The notes under the pieces: model-generated
Told to the model about the DNA's origin: nothing
Database searches by the model: none
Seen by the model: only the letters and a program-made list of their open reading frames with translations
Origin: the human T2T-CHM13v2.0 reference genome, Homo sapiens
Assembly (NCBI RefSeq): GCF_009914755.1
Contig: NC_060933.1
DNA: 64,000 bases
Direction: 5' to 3' (one strand)
Program-made: the position numbers and the translations under genes
Shown: piece after piece, positions 39,751 to 52,562 of the stretch
Layout of the letters: each line of letters opens with the position of its first letter
How positions within the stretch are numbered: the first letter of the stretch is position 1

Positions 39751-40698
39751 AGAAGGAGCACCAGTGCTTCCCTTTCATCTTTTTTCTGCTAAGATGCCTC
39801 TAGGAGTGGATGTATTGTATAAGCAAAGGTGCAAAACAGCAGGAAGACAGATGATGAGCAGCCCGCCCTCAGGAAAACTCTCAATATAAAGAAACAGCTC
39901 AATCCAACCTCTCTGCCCTGTCTTTTTTCTTCTTTATTTTTTTCTTTTTAATTAAAATGCCTGCATTTGAAACTTTTTTGCTTTCTTCAAAAAAGTTTTG
40001 CTGACATTCCTCAAGAGGAAAGATAATGGGCACAAGGTATTTTCCAGCCTAGCAATGAACAGTACAGAGAATGAAAAAAGACACGAATAACAAAAAGAAA
40101 GCGTAAATTTAATCACCATTGTCATTTTATCATTGGTATTATGAAAAATAACAATCTATCATGTATTGAAGTTCTCTGTATATGCCAGACACACACATCA
40201 TTTCATTTAATTTCCATGATATTCCTATGAATTAGACATAATTAGTATACCTGTTTTGCACAATGAAAATCTAGGCTGAGGGGATTAGAATTGGCCCAAG
40301 ATTTGCATGCAGGGCCAATTGGGGCTGGTTAGGACAGTGCCACTTTTATGGAGCTTCCAATATTTGTGAGGCAACATGATGTATTAAATCATGCAGACCT
40401 GGTTTAAATTCTGATTCCATCAGTTTCTAGTCCTAGACCATATATATGCATTGTCTGAGTAAATTTTCACAATTATCTGTTAAGTTAATTATATTACCCC
40501 CATTTTACAGGTGGGGAACCTTATGTTCAGAGGGCATAGGCAACTTGTCCAACATCACACAGCTGTAACTCCAAAATGTAAATGTTATGTACTACATCGA
40601 GGTGGGTTTAAGGACTAATATAATTTCTTAGGCAAAAAAGGCAGAGGAAATTCTCCAGGGATGGAGAAGGGAAGCTGTAGTTGAAACACAAAAACAGG

Positions 40699-40760
40699 GA
40701 AGACATGAGCATGGTACTTATAAGACAGTGAAGATATGAGCATGGCACTTACAGGACAGT
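40699..40760. repeat. 31-bp tandem duplication
   Basis: GAAGACATGAGCATGGTACTTATAAGACAGT / GAAGATATGAGCATGGCACTTACAGGACAGT, 4 mismatches. Confidence 0.9.
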
Positions 40761-41574
40761 TAAGACACTGATCTTTCTGGCTTGTTCTTGCTTACAAACT
40801 TGTGTGGTGACTTATCTTTGTAAGTTGAAATTTCTTTATATTTAAAATGAATATTTCTAAATATAATAACACCTGTCCCTATAATTGTTACATATATCAA
40901 ATTTTACACAGCCAGAAAAAATAAAGTAAAATGCAATATGTAAAATAAAAGAAACACTAGCAAAATTTTTCCAAGTATTGTAGCATATGTGGCAGACTTG
41001 CATCAATGAGATGAGATTGTATTTCCTTCTTGTTTTTTCTTCAATATTTTCCAAATTTCCTAGGGTGGTCACGTGTTTTTACTTAATAATAAAAAATATT
41101 TTATAAAAAATTTCCTGTTCAATTTTACTCATATGATTGTTTTAAGTGTACTTGAAAAAATGTGATAGATATCACATAAGTGTAAGTTATTGATACTGAT
41201 ATGATTGTCCTCCTCTTAGTCAACTTTAGTCATGAAAAATACTGAAATACACTGTGACTTATCAAAGATTAATTTTTATTCCAAGTACTTAATATTATAT
41301 TTTAATTTTTTTGATAATTCATAATGACACCTATAGCACATATATATGAAACTTTTTCATCTAAATTATAAAAACCACTTTCCCATACCTCTCTTTTGGC
41401 ATGTATTGTGTGGAAGTATTGAGAACTCACAAATAAAGAGTGTAGGACAGAATGTATTAAGGCAAGTCAGAGGGAACATTTTGGAAGCAATAAGATTCAA
41501 GCAGGATGTTCAAAAACATCTGCATGTGGTAAGGAATAAAATCATTGAGATAGAAATAATCAACATATATACAG

Positions 41575-41958
41575 TGATATAGTTTGGCTGTGTCCCCACC
41601 CAAATCTCATCTTTTATTGTAATCCAAATTGTAATCCCCACATGTCAAGAGAGGGACCCGGTGGGAGGTGATTGGATCATGGAGATGGTTTCCCCCATGC
41701 TGTTCTCATGATAGTGAATGAGTTCTCTAGAGATCTAGTTGTTTGATAAGTGTCTGGTACTTCCCCCTTCAATCTCTCTCTCTCTCTCCTGCTGCCTTGT
41801 GAAGAAGGTGCTTGCTTCCTCTTTGCCTTCTGCCATGATTGTAAGTTTCCTGAGGCCTCCTCAGCCATGTGGAACTTTGAGTTAATTAAACCTTTTTGTT
41901 CATAAGTTACTCAGTCTCAGGTAGTATCTTTATAGCAGTGTGAGAACAGATGAATACA
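41575..41958 (+). mobile_element. THE1D/MSTA-type MaLR solo LTR
   Basis: TGATATAGTTTGGCTGTGTCCCCACCCAAATCTCATC ... GAACAGATGAATACA; perfect 5-bp TSD TACAG. Confidence 0.93.
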
Positions 41959-42719
41959 TACAGATAGGCTCTGAACATAATTAATCAGAAGGGTGGGTTA
42001 TAAAATTTAAGACATAAGGTTGGAATATTACAGAATACAGGAAAATCACCTGATGAAGCATTTATAGATCAGGAACAATCAATACAGTAGAAACAGTTGA
42101 ATACCTGGGGACCAAATACCCAATACCTAAGTTCACTCTCTACTTGATGTATTTAATGTCAACACAAGACACTGAAAATGAAAGATGGTCAAATATTTCA
42201 GAGGGGAGAAGAAGAGGATCTATCCTTTCCTAGAAAAGCATACACTAGAAGACTGTTGAGGACTTCTATATTCATTTTTTAACAATATATTTTCCAGTGA
42301 TACTTAAATTCCAAAAGAGCTTGGAATCAACCATAAGTAAACCACCCTTAAAAAAAAAGAGTCTATGTGTAAGTCTGTTCTTTTCCACCCAGGCTCTGAT
42401 ACAACTACTCATGAGAGTTTAGGGCAAATCCTTTAACTTCTTTCATCCTTAGTTATTTTTTAACATTAAAATTTAAGCATTACTCCTTGTTCCTTTTTTC
42501 CTTTAGACAGTTCTTCTGAAGACTATATTATTTGAAGACTACTAAAGCACATTTAAAATAGAAATATATCATCTAGAATTACAGGTAGTAATTATATCTT
42601 CCAATTAAAAGGAATTAGAGGTGACTGTTTATTTCAAGCACATTCACAAACAACTAATTAAGCCATATTATAGGTCAAACAACCTTCTCTAGATTTGATA
42701 TATGATAGATGATGATGAT

Positions 42720-42950
42720 GAAGTTAATAGCCAACTTTGGAGTTTTTACCATTTTCCAGGACTGTTCTAATTCCTTTACGTGTATGAACTACCTTTATCT
42801 TGCAAAGAACCTTGTATTGGTGATACTACTCTTGTCATCTTTGTAGGTGAGAAAGTAGAAGCATTAATAAGAAATTTGTCCAAGGCCTCATACCCAGTAA
42901 GAGATGAATACAGAATCAGGATTCAAACCCAGGCAATCTGAATCTAGTGT
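42720..42950 (-). mobile_element. MIR SINE
   Basis: TTTGTCCAAGG...CAGGATTCAAACCCAGGCAATCTGA. Confidence 0.75.
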
Positions 42951-43254
42951 TACAAGACTAACATTGAAAGAAAATATGGAAATAACATTGAATACAAAGT
43001 CATTTTAAAGCTACTTTAAAATTTTTAATTAAGTATACTATAAATATTTCTTTGATAAAGATTTATCAGTTCATTGATAAATGAACTGCTTTATGTTCAT
43101 TGACCATCGTTAAAGACTTTGGAGACTTATAAATAAAACCTAGGGAAAGAAAATTGAAGGAGGAACATATATTTACCAAAGGTAAACAAGATTTGGAAGA
43201 GGAAGGGGTGGGGGCCAATGGAGATAATTAACATGCTCATGAACATATGAGAAT

Positions 43255-43680
43255 TTATTAGCTAGCTATTGTTTCAATAATGATGCATAAAAAACCACCC
43301 CCCAAGTCTCAATGGTCTACAATGAATATTTATTTCTCCCTCACAGTTATCCAGGTCAATTAGGAAGCTTTAGTTCAAGCTATGGGTTGATTTTGATTGG
43401 CTCCATCTATCTTTTATTCCAGAACTTGAGTTTAAGGAACAGTGCCTCTAAGGGTGTATTCTTATGGTACAGGGCAGAAGTGCAAGAGACAAAGCTAAAC
43501 AACACAAGCCAGTGCAAAGCTTATGGTTGCAATGGTTTAATTTTCATTCACATACATTTTATTGGCCAAGCAAGTCACATGGCCAAACCCCAAGTTGTCA
43601 GAGTGAAAAAGCTATAATCCATCCTCAGAGAACAATGCAAATATTAAAGGGGAAGGAAAACCATGTTCCAATAATACACT
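43255..43680 (-). mobile_element. Old MLT1 LTR (MLT1I/J-like)
   Basis: AAACCACCCCCAAGTCTCAATGG ... ATTGGCCAAGCAAGTCACATGGCCAAACCC. Confidence 0.7.
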
Positions 43681-46200
43681 CAGGAAGTTCATCTGAAGTT
43701 TAAATAACTAAACCCTACTTAGTGAAAGGCAATGTAACTATCATTACTGGAGGAGGTAAGAAAAATTTTGATAGGAGAAAATATTAAACTTAATGGATAA
43801 ACACATCACCACTGGGTGGTACTCATATCCCAGGACAGCTTTGTGAAGAATAGATCTGTATTAGGATGGTCAGAAGAATAAATTTTTAATACAACATTTA
43901 CAAGTTGAATTTTTATAACACAAGCTGTGAATACATTTTCATTTCTACTTCATTATGTTAAAATGTGTAAAGTAATTAAAACAGTGCCTCAAACTAAATA
44001 ATGCTATGAGTGTTTGCTACAATGATGGATAATGATGGTGTTGATGATGATGTCAAAGTTGTAGGGCATATTGCTCTTTGTATATTTCATTTCTCCTGAA
44101 TTAACTCAGCAACAGGTTATGTAAGATAACCCAGAATCCTTATACCCTAGTGAAGGCACAATACCTTTCTTCAGGTTGCAGGTCCCAGGATCAAAAGACA
44201 AAAAGTAATATCTTCTGGTAGTACCAGACATTTTTAGTAACAGGATTTTTCTCTAAAGAATTAAAAATAAGCTACAAAGAGGTTTTGGGATTTAATGAGA
44301 AATGTGCAAGAAAGATTTGTTTCTTTTCCACCCACATTCAGTTTTAACTGCCAAGTATATATTGTGGTTGGGAATACTTTCTACATAAAGGGACAAAGTT
44401 TAGGAGAGAAATTGGTCCTTAAAATATTGGCAAAAATATGGCTAGGAATGACCCAATCTGGGAAGGGTTCATTATGTGCAGCTACATAACAGATAATCTT
44501 CTAATTAATTTATTCAAGCAAGGTAATATCTTAAAAAAGTTGTGCAAATCTTAAAAATATTCAAATTAAGTAGTTAATGTCAAAAATATTTAGCCAAATA
44601 TTTTTGTTCCTGAGTGATCCACACATAGCAAGAAAAGAAAATACTTTTTTTTAAAAAAAGCAAATAACTAAATATCAAGTAACTGATAGCACTAGGGGAA
44701 AAAAAAGAATTCTTGGGATAGCAAGGGATCTATTCATCATATTCCCTTTCTATTTGGAATACTAAAGGAGAATTTGTTTGGAAAAAGAATACCTTTCCAA
44801 CTCCCTATTGTCATAGTTTGGGATTAAAGCCAGTATGGTCTGTTCTTTATGAATGTGTCTAATCATAAAAGTATCCCAGAATCTGAGAATGTTTGCACTA
44901 GCAGCCCTTGATGACCAACCTGAGACAATGAGGTGAGAGAGTTTATGTTACTTTCTCAAGTTCACTGTTAGTGGGTAACCTGGCAGGGACAAATGACTCA
45001 GATCTTTTTATGCTAAGTCCAGGGTTCAGTTTATATGGTTTTGTCTCTCAACTGCTTATCTTTGAGAAGAATTAGCTTATGTTATTGTTTTCCTTGTCAG
45101 CAGAATGGAAGCATTGGATTAGATCAGTGGCTTTGCCGAGATTTTCCCTTCCACTTGGTTACTAAGATCCACTTCTTTAGAATCATTCTTCATAGGAAAA
45201 AAATGTTTCTTCTCCATTTTTGATTACTTTGTGCAGCAATTTCAAAGACTTACCAATCAAAGAAATCAAGGAAGGTATTGGATAGGAAAACTTTTGAGGG
45301 TTCCACATATAGCAGTTTCAACAATAATCAGATGTATTTCCTACTGGTCCTTTTTGCATTCAAGAATGATTATTTTTCTGAAAGAAAAAATTTGTTCTGA
45401 AATTTCTCAGCTGAGCTTTGGAAGGCATTCCATTTAGGAAGATGGAGTCATATCCTTCCTGTTGCATTTAGATAAATGTGGCTAATAGACAACTTTTTAA
45501 CACATGCTTTCTGGTACGTAAATCAGCACTTCCAGGTTTGAATCTCAGGGATTCGTACTTTCAATTGTTGCCAAATATTCAACATTTGGCTCTCTTGATC
45601 TTTAGTATTAAACTTTTTTTGACTCCATCTTCTTTCTTTCAGCCACTGTTTTCATTATCTAAAAACAGACACTTAAAGAAATTAGTGATAATCAGTCTTT
45701 TCATAAAGCTGAAAAAGGCCTGAGATATTGTTTGGTTTCACTTTCAAGAGTGGTTAAATAACTGCTCAAGACTTCCATATGAATAATTTCTCCATTTGCA
45801 AGTTTTTATCTTTAACTTCTTCTTGGTTTTCTCAATGCCACAAAACCTTCTTAGTGACAGGTATTGGGAAAGACAAACTCTTTAGGCCTTCCTTCTTCCT
45901 TTGAGGACCAAAGACCATTTCACTTTTAATCATTTTATATATTGTCTCAACACTGCCTGCCTCTTTATTAACCACCTCTGTGAAATCTATTGCTATTAAT
46001 CATCAAACACATGTCTGAGTATTACTGGCAATTATCTCTGAATGCTTGTTACCTGTTGGTTTTATTACTTGTTTTCTCCTAGAAGAATAGATTGTTTCAG
46101 GTCCATAACTCTGTTTTATGTGTATGCATTTGTGTGTATGTTTATATTATTAAATGTAATATACATTACATTTTAATTTATATTTTAAATTTAATTATAT

Positions 46201-46245
46201 ATTAAAAGTAATGGCAAAACTGCAATTACTTTTGCACCAACCTAA
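46201..46245. mobile_element. Half MADE1 (Hsmar1 MITE): one terminal inverted repeat
   Basis: AAAAGTAATGGCAAAACTGCAATTACTTTTGCACCAACCTAA followed by TA. Confidence 0.9.
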
Positions 46246-48970
46246 TATTCTTACATTTTAAAATTTTTCTTTTAGATCTCAACTATCATTGCATGAGGTA
46301 AAACAATATTTCAACCAAGGATTACTAACACTTTGTTGCCTATGAACGTACATTCTTCCTGTTGCGTATGAAGGCAGAAAGTCAGTTACAATCTATGATT
46401 CCCCTCCATTTCATGTTATATCTACTGCAACAATTTTTTGAAGTCTTCCATAAGCTCCTTGATTTTATTCCTCCAGAAATAAGAAGAATGTGCATCTTGG
46501 AGTTTGTTTTATTTTAATTTATTAGATACTTGGGGAAATCAGAAATGAAAGAAGCAAAAATATGTAATCATTACTTTTTCAGTCTGTTTTTCTTTTCTTT
46601 TCTTTTTTTCACCCTTTAGACACTAGAGATAACTTGTTCACTCTCTATTCTTCTAAGGGTAACTACACAACAGAAGGCTGTATACTCTCACTTTTGGTTG
46701 GGTTGGAGTAGAAATATAATTTCTGTGTCTTAATGGTATTTTACTCATAAATGGTGCCTGAGGTGTACTAAGCATAGAAGAACAAATGAAATAAATGCTT
46801 ATTCTTCTCTGAGGAGGATATTGCACTATAGTGGAAGAGGGCCTATTATCAAAGAACTTTCAGAGATATGGTTAGGAGAAAAAAAGGGATGAAAAGAAAG
46901 AAACTTATATTTGTTGCATGTCTACATGTACTATTTTATTTAATCTTTCCAACAATAGCTCTTACGTATAGATTTCAATAAATCAGAGAATTTGCTCAAG
47001 GATGCTCAGATGGTAAGTAACAGAATTGGTATCTAATGAAGGTCTTTCTGAATTCAAAGTCTACTGCCTCAAGATAAGGTACTGTGTATAGAAAATGTAT
47101 ACATGTAAAAATTAAAAGAAACATAGAGAATGTTCTTCTAGTACTCAGAAGAGGAGTTTTGATACTTGTAGATGGGTTATTTAGAAAAAGCTTTATGGAA
47201 TGACCTTGAAACTGGATAACATGTAGAATGAAAAGATCTAAGTAACTCTAGTTTGTGCTCTTGTGTACACATGCATTGGAATTTTCTGAAAATTCTCTAG
47301 GCTTCAGTTTTCCATTGGAGTTTCTGAAGTCTATGGTTTATTTTAGTATTAATTGCTTAGGAACAAGGAGCATAGGCTTCTGTGAAGATGTGTTGTCTTG
47401 CTTTTGAGATGTTGCCTGGAATAAGTACTGTTAATGCATGCACACAGTTATTTAAACTACTTGTTATTCTAGGAAGATGTTTTTTCTTTGCTTTGCTGAA
47501 GACCTCTCCTATTGAATATTTGAAAGATGTTTAGTTTCCAAGATATTTCTACTACTAATTTATCCATTTAGTCAGTATCGATTTATTGGGTGCATCCTTC
47601 CATACCTAGCACTGTCCTGTCTACTCTGGGATTTGCAGAAATGCACTGTGGGAAATAATAGGCATGGTCCCATTTATCAAAGATCTTATAATTTACTCTG
47701 AGTTATAACGACTGCAGCTTATATTTATTGATTTTGCTATGTGTCCAGAACAATTCTAAGCAGAGTTCCAGATTTGTTATCTCATTTAATCTCATACTGT
47801 ATGAGGAAACTACTGTTCACTCTACAGAAGAAGGTCAGGCACAGAGAGGCTTACTAACATCACTGAAGCCACTTGGTTAGTAAGCGGAAAAGTGGTAATC
47901 CAAATTGCACAAGTGAGAAGAGTTGATATAAGTATTTAGTACTGCTGCAAGATAACGGACATTACAAAAGAGAATCAGAAGAATACAGATGAAGGAGATT
48001 AAAAAATCAACTCAGGATGAGGAAGTGGAAGCCCATTATCCTCACTGACACAGTAAATAGTGTTAGAGCCTGAACTAGAACCAAGATTTAAGACCTTATT
48101 TTGTACAGTTGGCTGATTGTAGCACTTCACAAGCTATGATATAATTTGCTAACCAGTGGTAGAATTAAGAAGTTCTGTGCAAATAGAAAATATCTCAAAA
48201 ATCTCTGACCAAAAGCCTATACTTACCCGTTTCAGAGGAGATGAGAGATATATTATGAGTGGGCTTAGGAGTGGTGGGGTAGGTACCTTTATTTCTATCA
48301 TTGAGGTTGAATACAACATTGAAACTTAGTCCTTTATGTTCAAATTTATTTATTTCTCATTATTCGTCAGTGGACCATTCAAAGATATATTTCCCTGAAT
48401 TTGGTTTTTTAGCTCTGCCATGATATAAACACTGTGGACTTTCCTTAAGCTGGCATTTTAGGTGGTAAGTACGTATTCAATTTCCATGAAAACAACATCA
48501 ATGTAAATCTGATGAATATCTATCTATTTAGTCCAGTCCTAAAATCCTAAAATACTTTCACTTTTGCAGAGGCAGCACATAGGAATAGGACTCCATTTGG
48601 GAAAAACTTGAGAGTTAGTCATATACCTTGGGCTCTCTGTTTTACTTTTGAGCTAGCATTCTACAAAGTAAAGCTTCTTATTTTTTTTTTTTTTTTTTTT
48701 TTGCTATTATCTGAGTTCTCTGTCCCAGGGTTCATTTTCTTACTTAGTCTGTTTCTCCATGCATCTATCTGTTGGCATAGGGGAGGGGCAGTTAGTTAAC
48801 TTAATAAAACAGTGTGAAAGGAAAAGGGAAGGTGATCACTTTCTAAAGTAGCTGCACTGTTACTTTAACAGGTAAGCTGAGAGCTAAAATAGAAAATAAA
48901 AAAGTACATATGAGTACAATAGAAGTCTGATTCTCACACCACGATTGAGGACAAAAAGAGAGAAAGTGAG

Positions 48971-49064
48971 AATGAATGGTTGGCAGGGCTTATTATGAGT
49001 CAATGAATGTGAAATCTTTCTCAAAATGAGTTGGTTGGTGGAGCTTATTATGAGTCAATAAACG
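48971..49064. repeat. Diverged direct repeat (55-bp period), each copy with TGAGTCA
   Basis: 17-bp identical core GCTTATTATGAGTCAAT; AP-1 heptamers at 48996 and 49051. Confidence 0.85.
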
Positions 49065-49499
49065 GGCATTTTATCAATTGCAAATTACCATATGAACTTA
49101 AGGGAAGTAATGGGAATTTCCTGTAGGATAGGTGGGTAATTTAGGATGCAAATCCAGATTAGTAAAGTCCTTTTAAAAATCAGATAGTAGAGTGCAGAGC
49201 TTAGATTATGAGTCCCTATTTAAAGATGGGGTAATAAAGTTCCTGAAAGATCTAGTGATGTGTCCACTCAAATCTCCTGACACTGGAGCTAGGGCCCTTT
49301 CTTCTAACCTCAATACCACCAGCCAAGTACACAATGAAGCTAAAGGGAATGCCCAACAGGGTGTGGTGGGGTGGATCATATAATTTCAGTCATGGCACAG
49401 CGTCATTATTTGCTCTAGCCCCACCAGTAGTGCTCAACAAATAAAATTAGGGCTATAGACAACTCTAAGTTGTAATTTGAGGAAAAGAAAAATAAAGAT

Positions 49500-49745
49500 A
49501 ATAATATTTTACATATCTAGCACACACCTATTGCATACTAGGCTCTGTACTGGATGTTTTCTTAATACTTTTTATGTCATCCTTTGGACAACCTCATAAA
49601 GACCGCAGTTTTATCCGAATTCTATAGACGGAAATAGAGTGGTGGGACAAAGTTACACAGTTGGCAAAATGTGAAGCAGAGATTCAAACTCAAATCTGTC
49701 TATTTCTAAAACATGCTCCATTTCAATTCTGCCATGATGCCTTCA
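49500..49745 (-). mobile_element. MIR SINE
   Basis: AGTTACACAG...GAAGCAGAGATTCAAACTCAAATCTGTCT. Confidence 0.7.
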
Positions 49746-51039
49746 CTCGAGTGGAATATGAACATTGCACTGCTATATGAATGCTATATTAATTGTTGTC
49801 TAGTCCTCACCATTTATTTCTCTCACATTTAAACATTTGACCAAGGGTTATGGAATCTTTCCTGACTAGTTCTGGGAGGAATTATACTCAGGAGAACATT
49901 ACAACTTCCTCCCTTTCTCCTTAGAAATACATTCTTCCTTCAGTAGGTAATGTCACATGACTTTTGAGCAAAGAAGAAACTCCAGGTGAAAGTGTTTCCT
50001 AAGGTTAGACTTTGAATTCGATGAATCCATATCCCTTGAATATTCTTGTAGGGTATCTTCTCTTCTTGTTGTCAGTGGGATTCTGAAATTTTATTGACAT
50101 TTGGCAGACATTGCGGCTGGAAAATTATTGTTTAGAAGTCTGGCTTAATTTGGGAGATTCCTTACTGTAAACCCAGGAGAGATGCATTCTGAGATCTGGG
50201 GGAAGTCTAAAGTGCTCCAGTTTCCTTTATATAGTTAGATATTGAATTTTCAATCCCCCATGTAGAAATGTGATGCCTTTTGTTGTTGAATTATCTGTTA
50301 TTGAACTTTTATGTGTTTGTATTTGGAGCTGATAACTTCTGACAATCTCTGCTTAAATGAAGATTATGTTTTGTGCAATGAAGAAATTCCCTTTCTCTCA
50401 CAATTAGTCAGTCTACCTTCTCATTTTCTTTTTATCTTGTTCTTATGTCAACCATTTAATTGAGATGTTAAGGTCCCTCACAGTTCTGAGTGGCAATTTT
50501 AAACCAGATTTCTCCATAGACTTAGAAGCTAGCAGCATTTGTTAGATGAGGCTGATCCAATTATTTAGGCTGAAAACTCTGGAGAGATAAGATTTTCCAA
50601 GCTGTGACGTTATGTCCAGGCTTCTCTCTTTGTTAAAAATAAACATTTCTAAGTTATATGCTCTTTGTTCGAGTTGGTTGTGTAATTGACGGGGGAGAAG
50701 GGGGATGTCCTTTAGGAAGCTGAAATGGAGTGTAGCACCTTATAGCTATAGTTATCTTCTTTTCTTCATGTTTTTTCCTTTAATAAAAAAAAACAGTCTT
50801 GTACCTAATTTTCAAATTTTCTGGGGATTTGTTACCCCTTTGATATTGTTTTATCACATTCTTCTTTACATAGCATGCCAGAAACTCTGAGGAGGAAAAA
50901 TTAAAATTTAGTTTAGCTCCTTCCTTTACAGGTGAAGTCATTGAAGTGGGGATGTAGTTGCTATTTTGTGCTCAAGATCACATAGCAAATGTTAGCGACA
51001 AAGACATGGAAAATAGAATAGTTTTCCTGTTCTGTCTTT

Positions 51040-51465
51040 GTGTGTGTGTGTGTTGTTTTCCATATCTACTTTTATTTATTTACTTGTTATTAGTTAAAAT
51101 CCTTGAAGGGTACAGCATCACATGAATTCTCCATCCAATGGCCTTAGCAGGAAGGTTGCTTAAGAATTTGAAACAAATCCTGCCACTGTTTCCATGGGCA
51201 TGAGTTACCTTTAACCAGATTACTCTGGTTTTGTACGATTTGCTGCCAAGAGTCACCGTGCTGTTCTTTGCTTTGTATACATTAGAACATCTCTTGCCCA
51301 AACAGAATTCAGTTTCATCTCAGGCATAAATACCTACGATTTTAAGAAGAGCTATGTACTCCCTTTGTTTCTGAAGCCTCTACATATAGCCAGCAAAATT
51401 GGCCTTGTAACCATAGTCTTCCGGACCTATTTACCTTCTAGAAGTCCTGTTTCTAGCAGACCTGG
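51040..51465 (-). pseudogene. RPL35A: Processed pseudogene of 60S ribosomal protein L35a (eL33)
   Basis: Translation [40 protein letters not shown]...[20 protein letters not shown] matches the RPL35A C-terminus. CDS-equivalent 51428->51095 is intronless, with ATG->AGG, a +1 frameshift near codon 7, TAG and TGA stops, and loss of the native stop. 5' UTR remnant, AATAAA and decayed A/C tail are present. Confidence 0.96.
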
Positions 51466-52085
51466 GCACCCATTCTCTGAGCATCAGGGGACCAGCACCA
51501 CCAGTCCCTCATCTCCTCCCTCCTGTCCTCTCGTTTTCTGAAGCTGATAGGAATCATTTCGTGCTATCTTTACTCCATTCTCCTCCAAGATTACTGAGCT
51601 GTTTTTCTTAGTTTCCCAATATGATAATATGCACATTTCATTATTTCTGAAATTCATTTATTCAATTCATTCATCAGTCTTGTTCGTTCATATGATGGAT
51701 GGAAGAATATGAGTATGTTATTGTGCAAATCTCCCTCTGCAGTTGTTTTTAACATTTATATATCTCCACTAAATAGGATTATTGAATGTAAGTATTCTTT
51801 GGCTAACATAAGAAAACAGAAATACAGTGAAAGGATCTTTGAGGGTATTTCAGACAATCAGACTTGGGAATAAACAGGAGCCAAAACACCCTGGAAGGGA
51901 GAAAGAAAAGATAAATTTACAATAGACATACAGGTAAATTATTAGGAAAAATTAGAAAATGGATAAGGCAAAAATCAAAGCAGCTCTGGGTAAATAAAAG
52001 GATGATTTCTGGCGGAGACAGCATTTGAACTAATCCTTCAAGGATACGGAGGATTTTTATGTGTTGAGGAAAAAGGGGAAAAGCA

Positions 52086-52087
52086 TG

Positions 52088-52142
<55 letters not shown>

Positions 52143-52172
52143 GTATATATGTGTATACACACATATATATAT
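52086..52172. repeat. Compound (TA)n(TG)n(TA)n microsatellite
   Basis: About 17 TG units flanked by TA runs. Confidence 0.95.
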
Positions 52173-52562
52173 TTTGCAAGAACTCAAGATGACCTTTGGG
52201 AAACTCAGCACATGAACAATGAAATAGTTGGGTGATGTTGGAAGGTAAGTCACTGTTTGATGAAAGGCCAGTGTGAGGGTATCAACATATGTCAGTTGCT
52301 TCTCACTGACCAAACACCAATTTCTTTTGACTTAATTTGCGTCAATTATGACTGTTTTACACTTCCATCTTTTTTTATCTTCTTCCTCTCCTTTCTTCCT
52401 CCATCAAGTGTCTTTCTTGCTGCTACTGTTCTTTTCTTTTTTATACCTCATTTACCTCTTCTTTATTGCTTTTTCTTTCCCATCGCTTATGCTGTGATTA
52501 CTGTCCCTACTCTTTGGATATTAACTTTGGTGCAAAAAGTTCCATGTTTGAGCGCCTATGTT

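Noticed and set aside
46201-46245. miR-548-type microRNA
   Set aside because: Only one MADE1 arm is present, so no precursor hairpin can form.
48571-48582. GGCAGCACATA resembling the U6 snRNA 5' region
   Set aside because: An 11-nt match with no continuation on either side.
51080-51301. 73-aa ORF as a functional ribosomal protein gene
   Set aside because: It starts at TTG, lacks the N-terminal ~42 residues, and the upstream frame has a frameshift and stops.
51040-51465. Assigning a numbered RPL35AP symbol, chromosome band or host gene
   Set aside because: Many RPL35A retrocopies exist and no coding exon of a host gene is visible; this needs a BLAT search.
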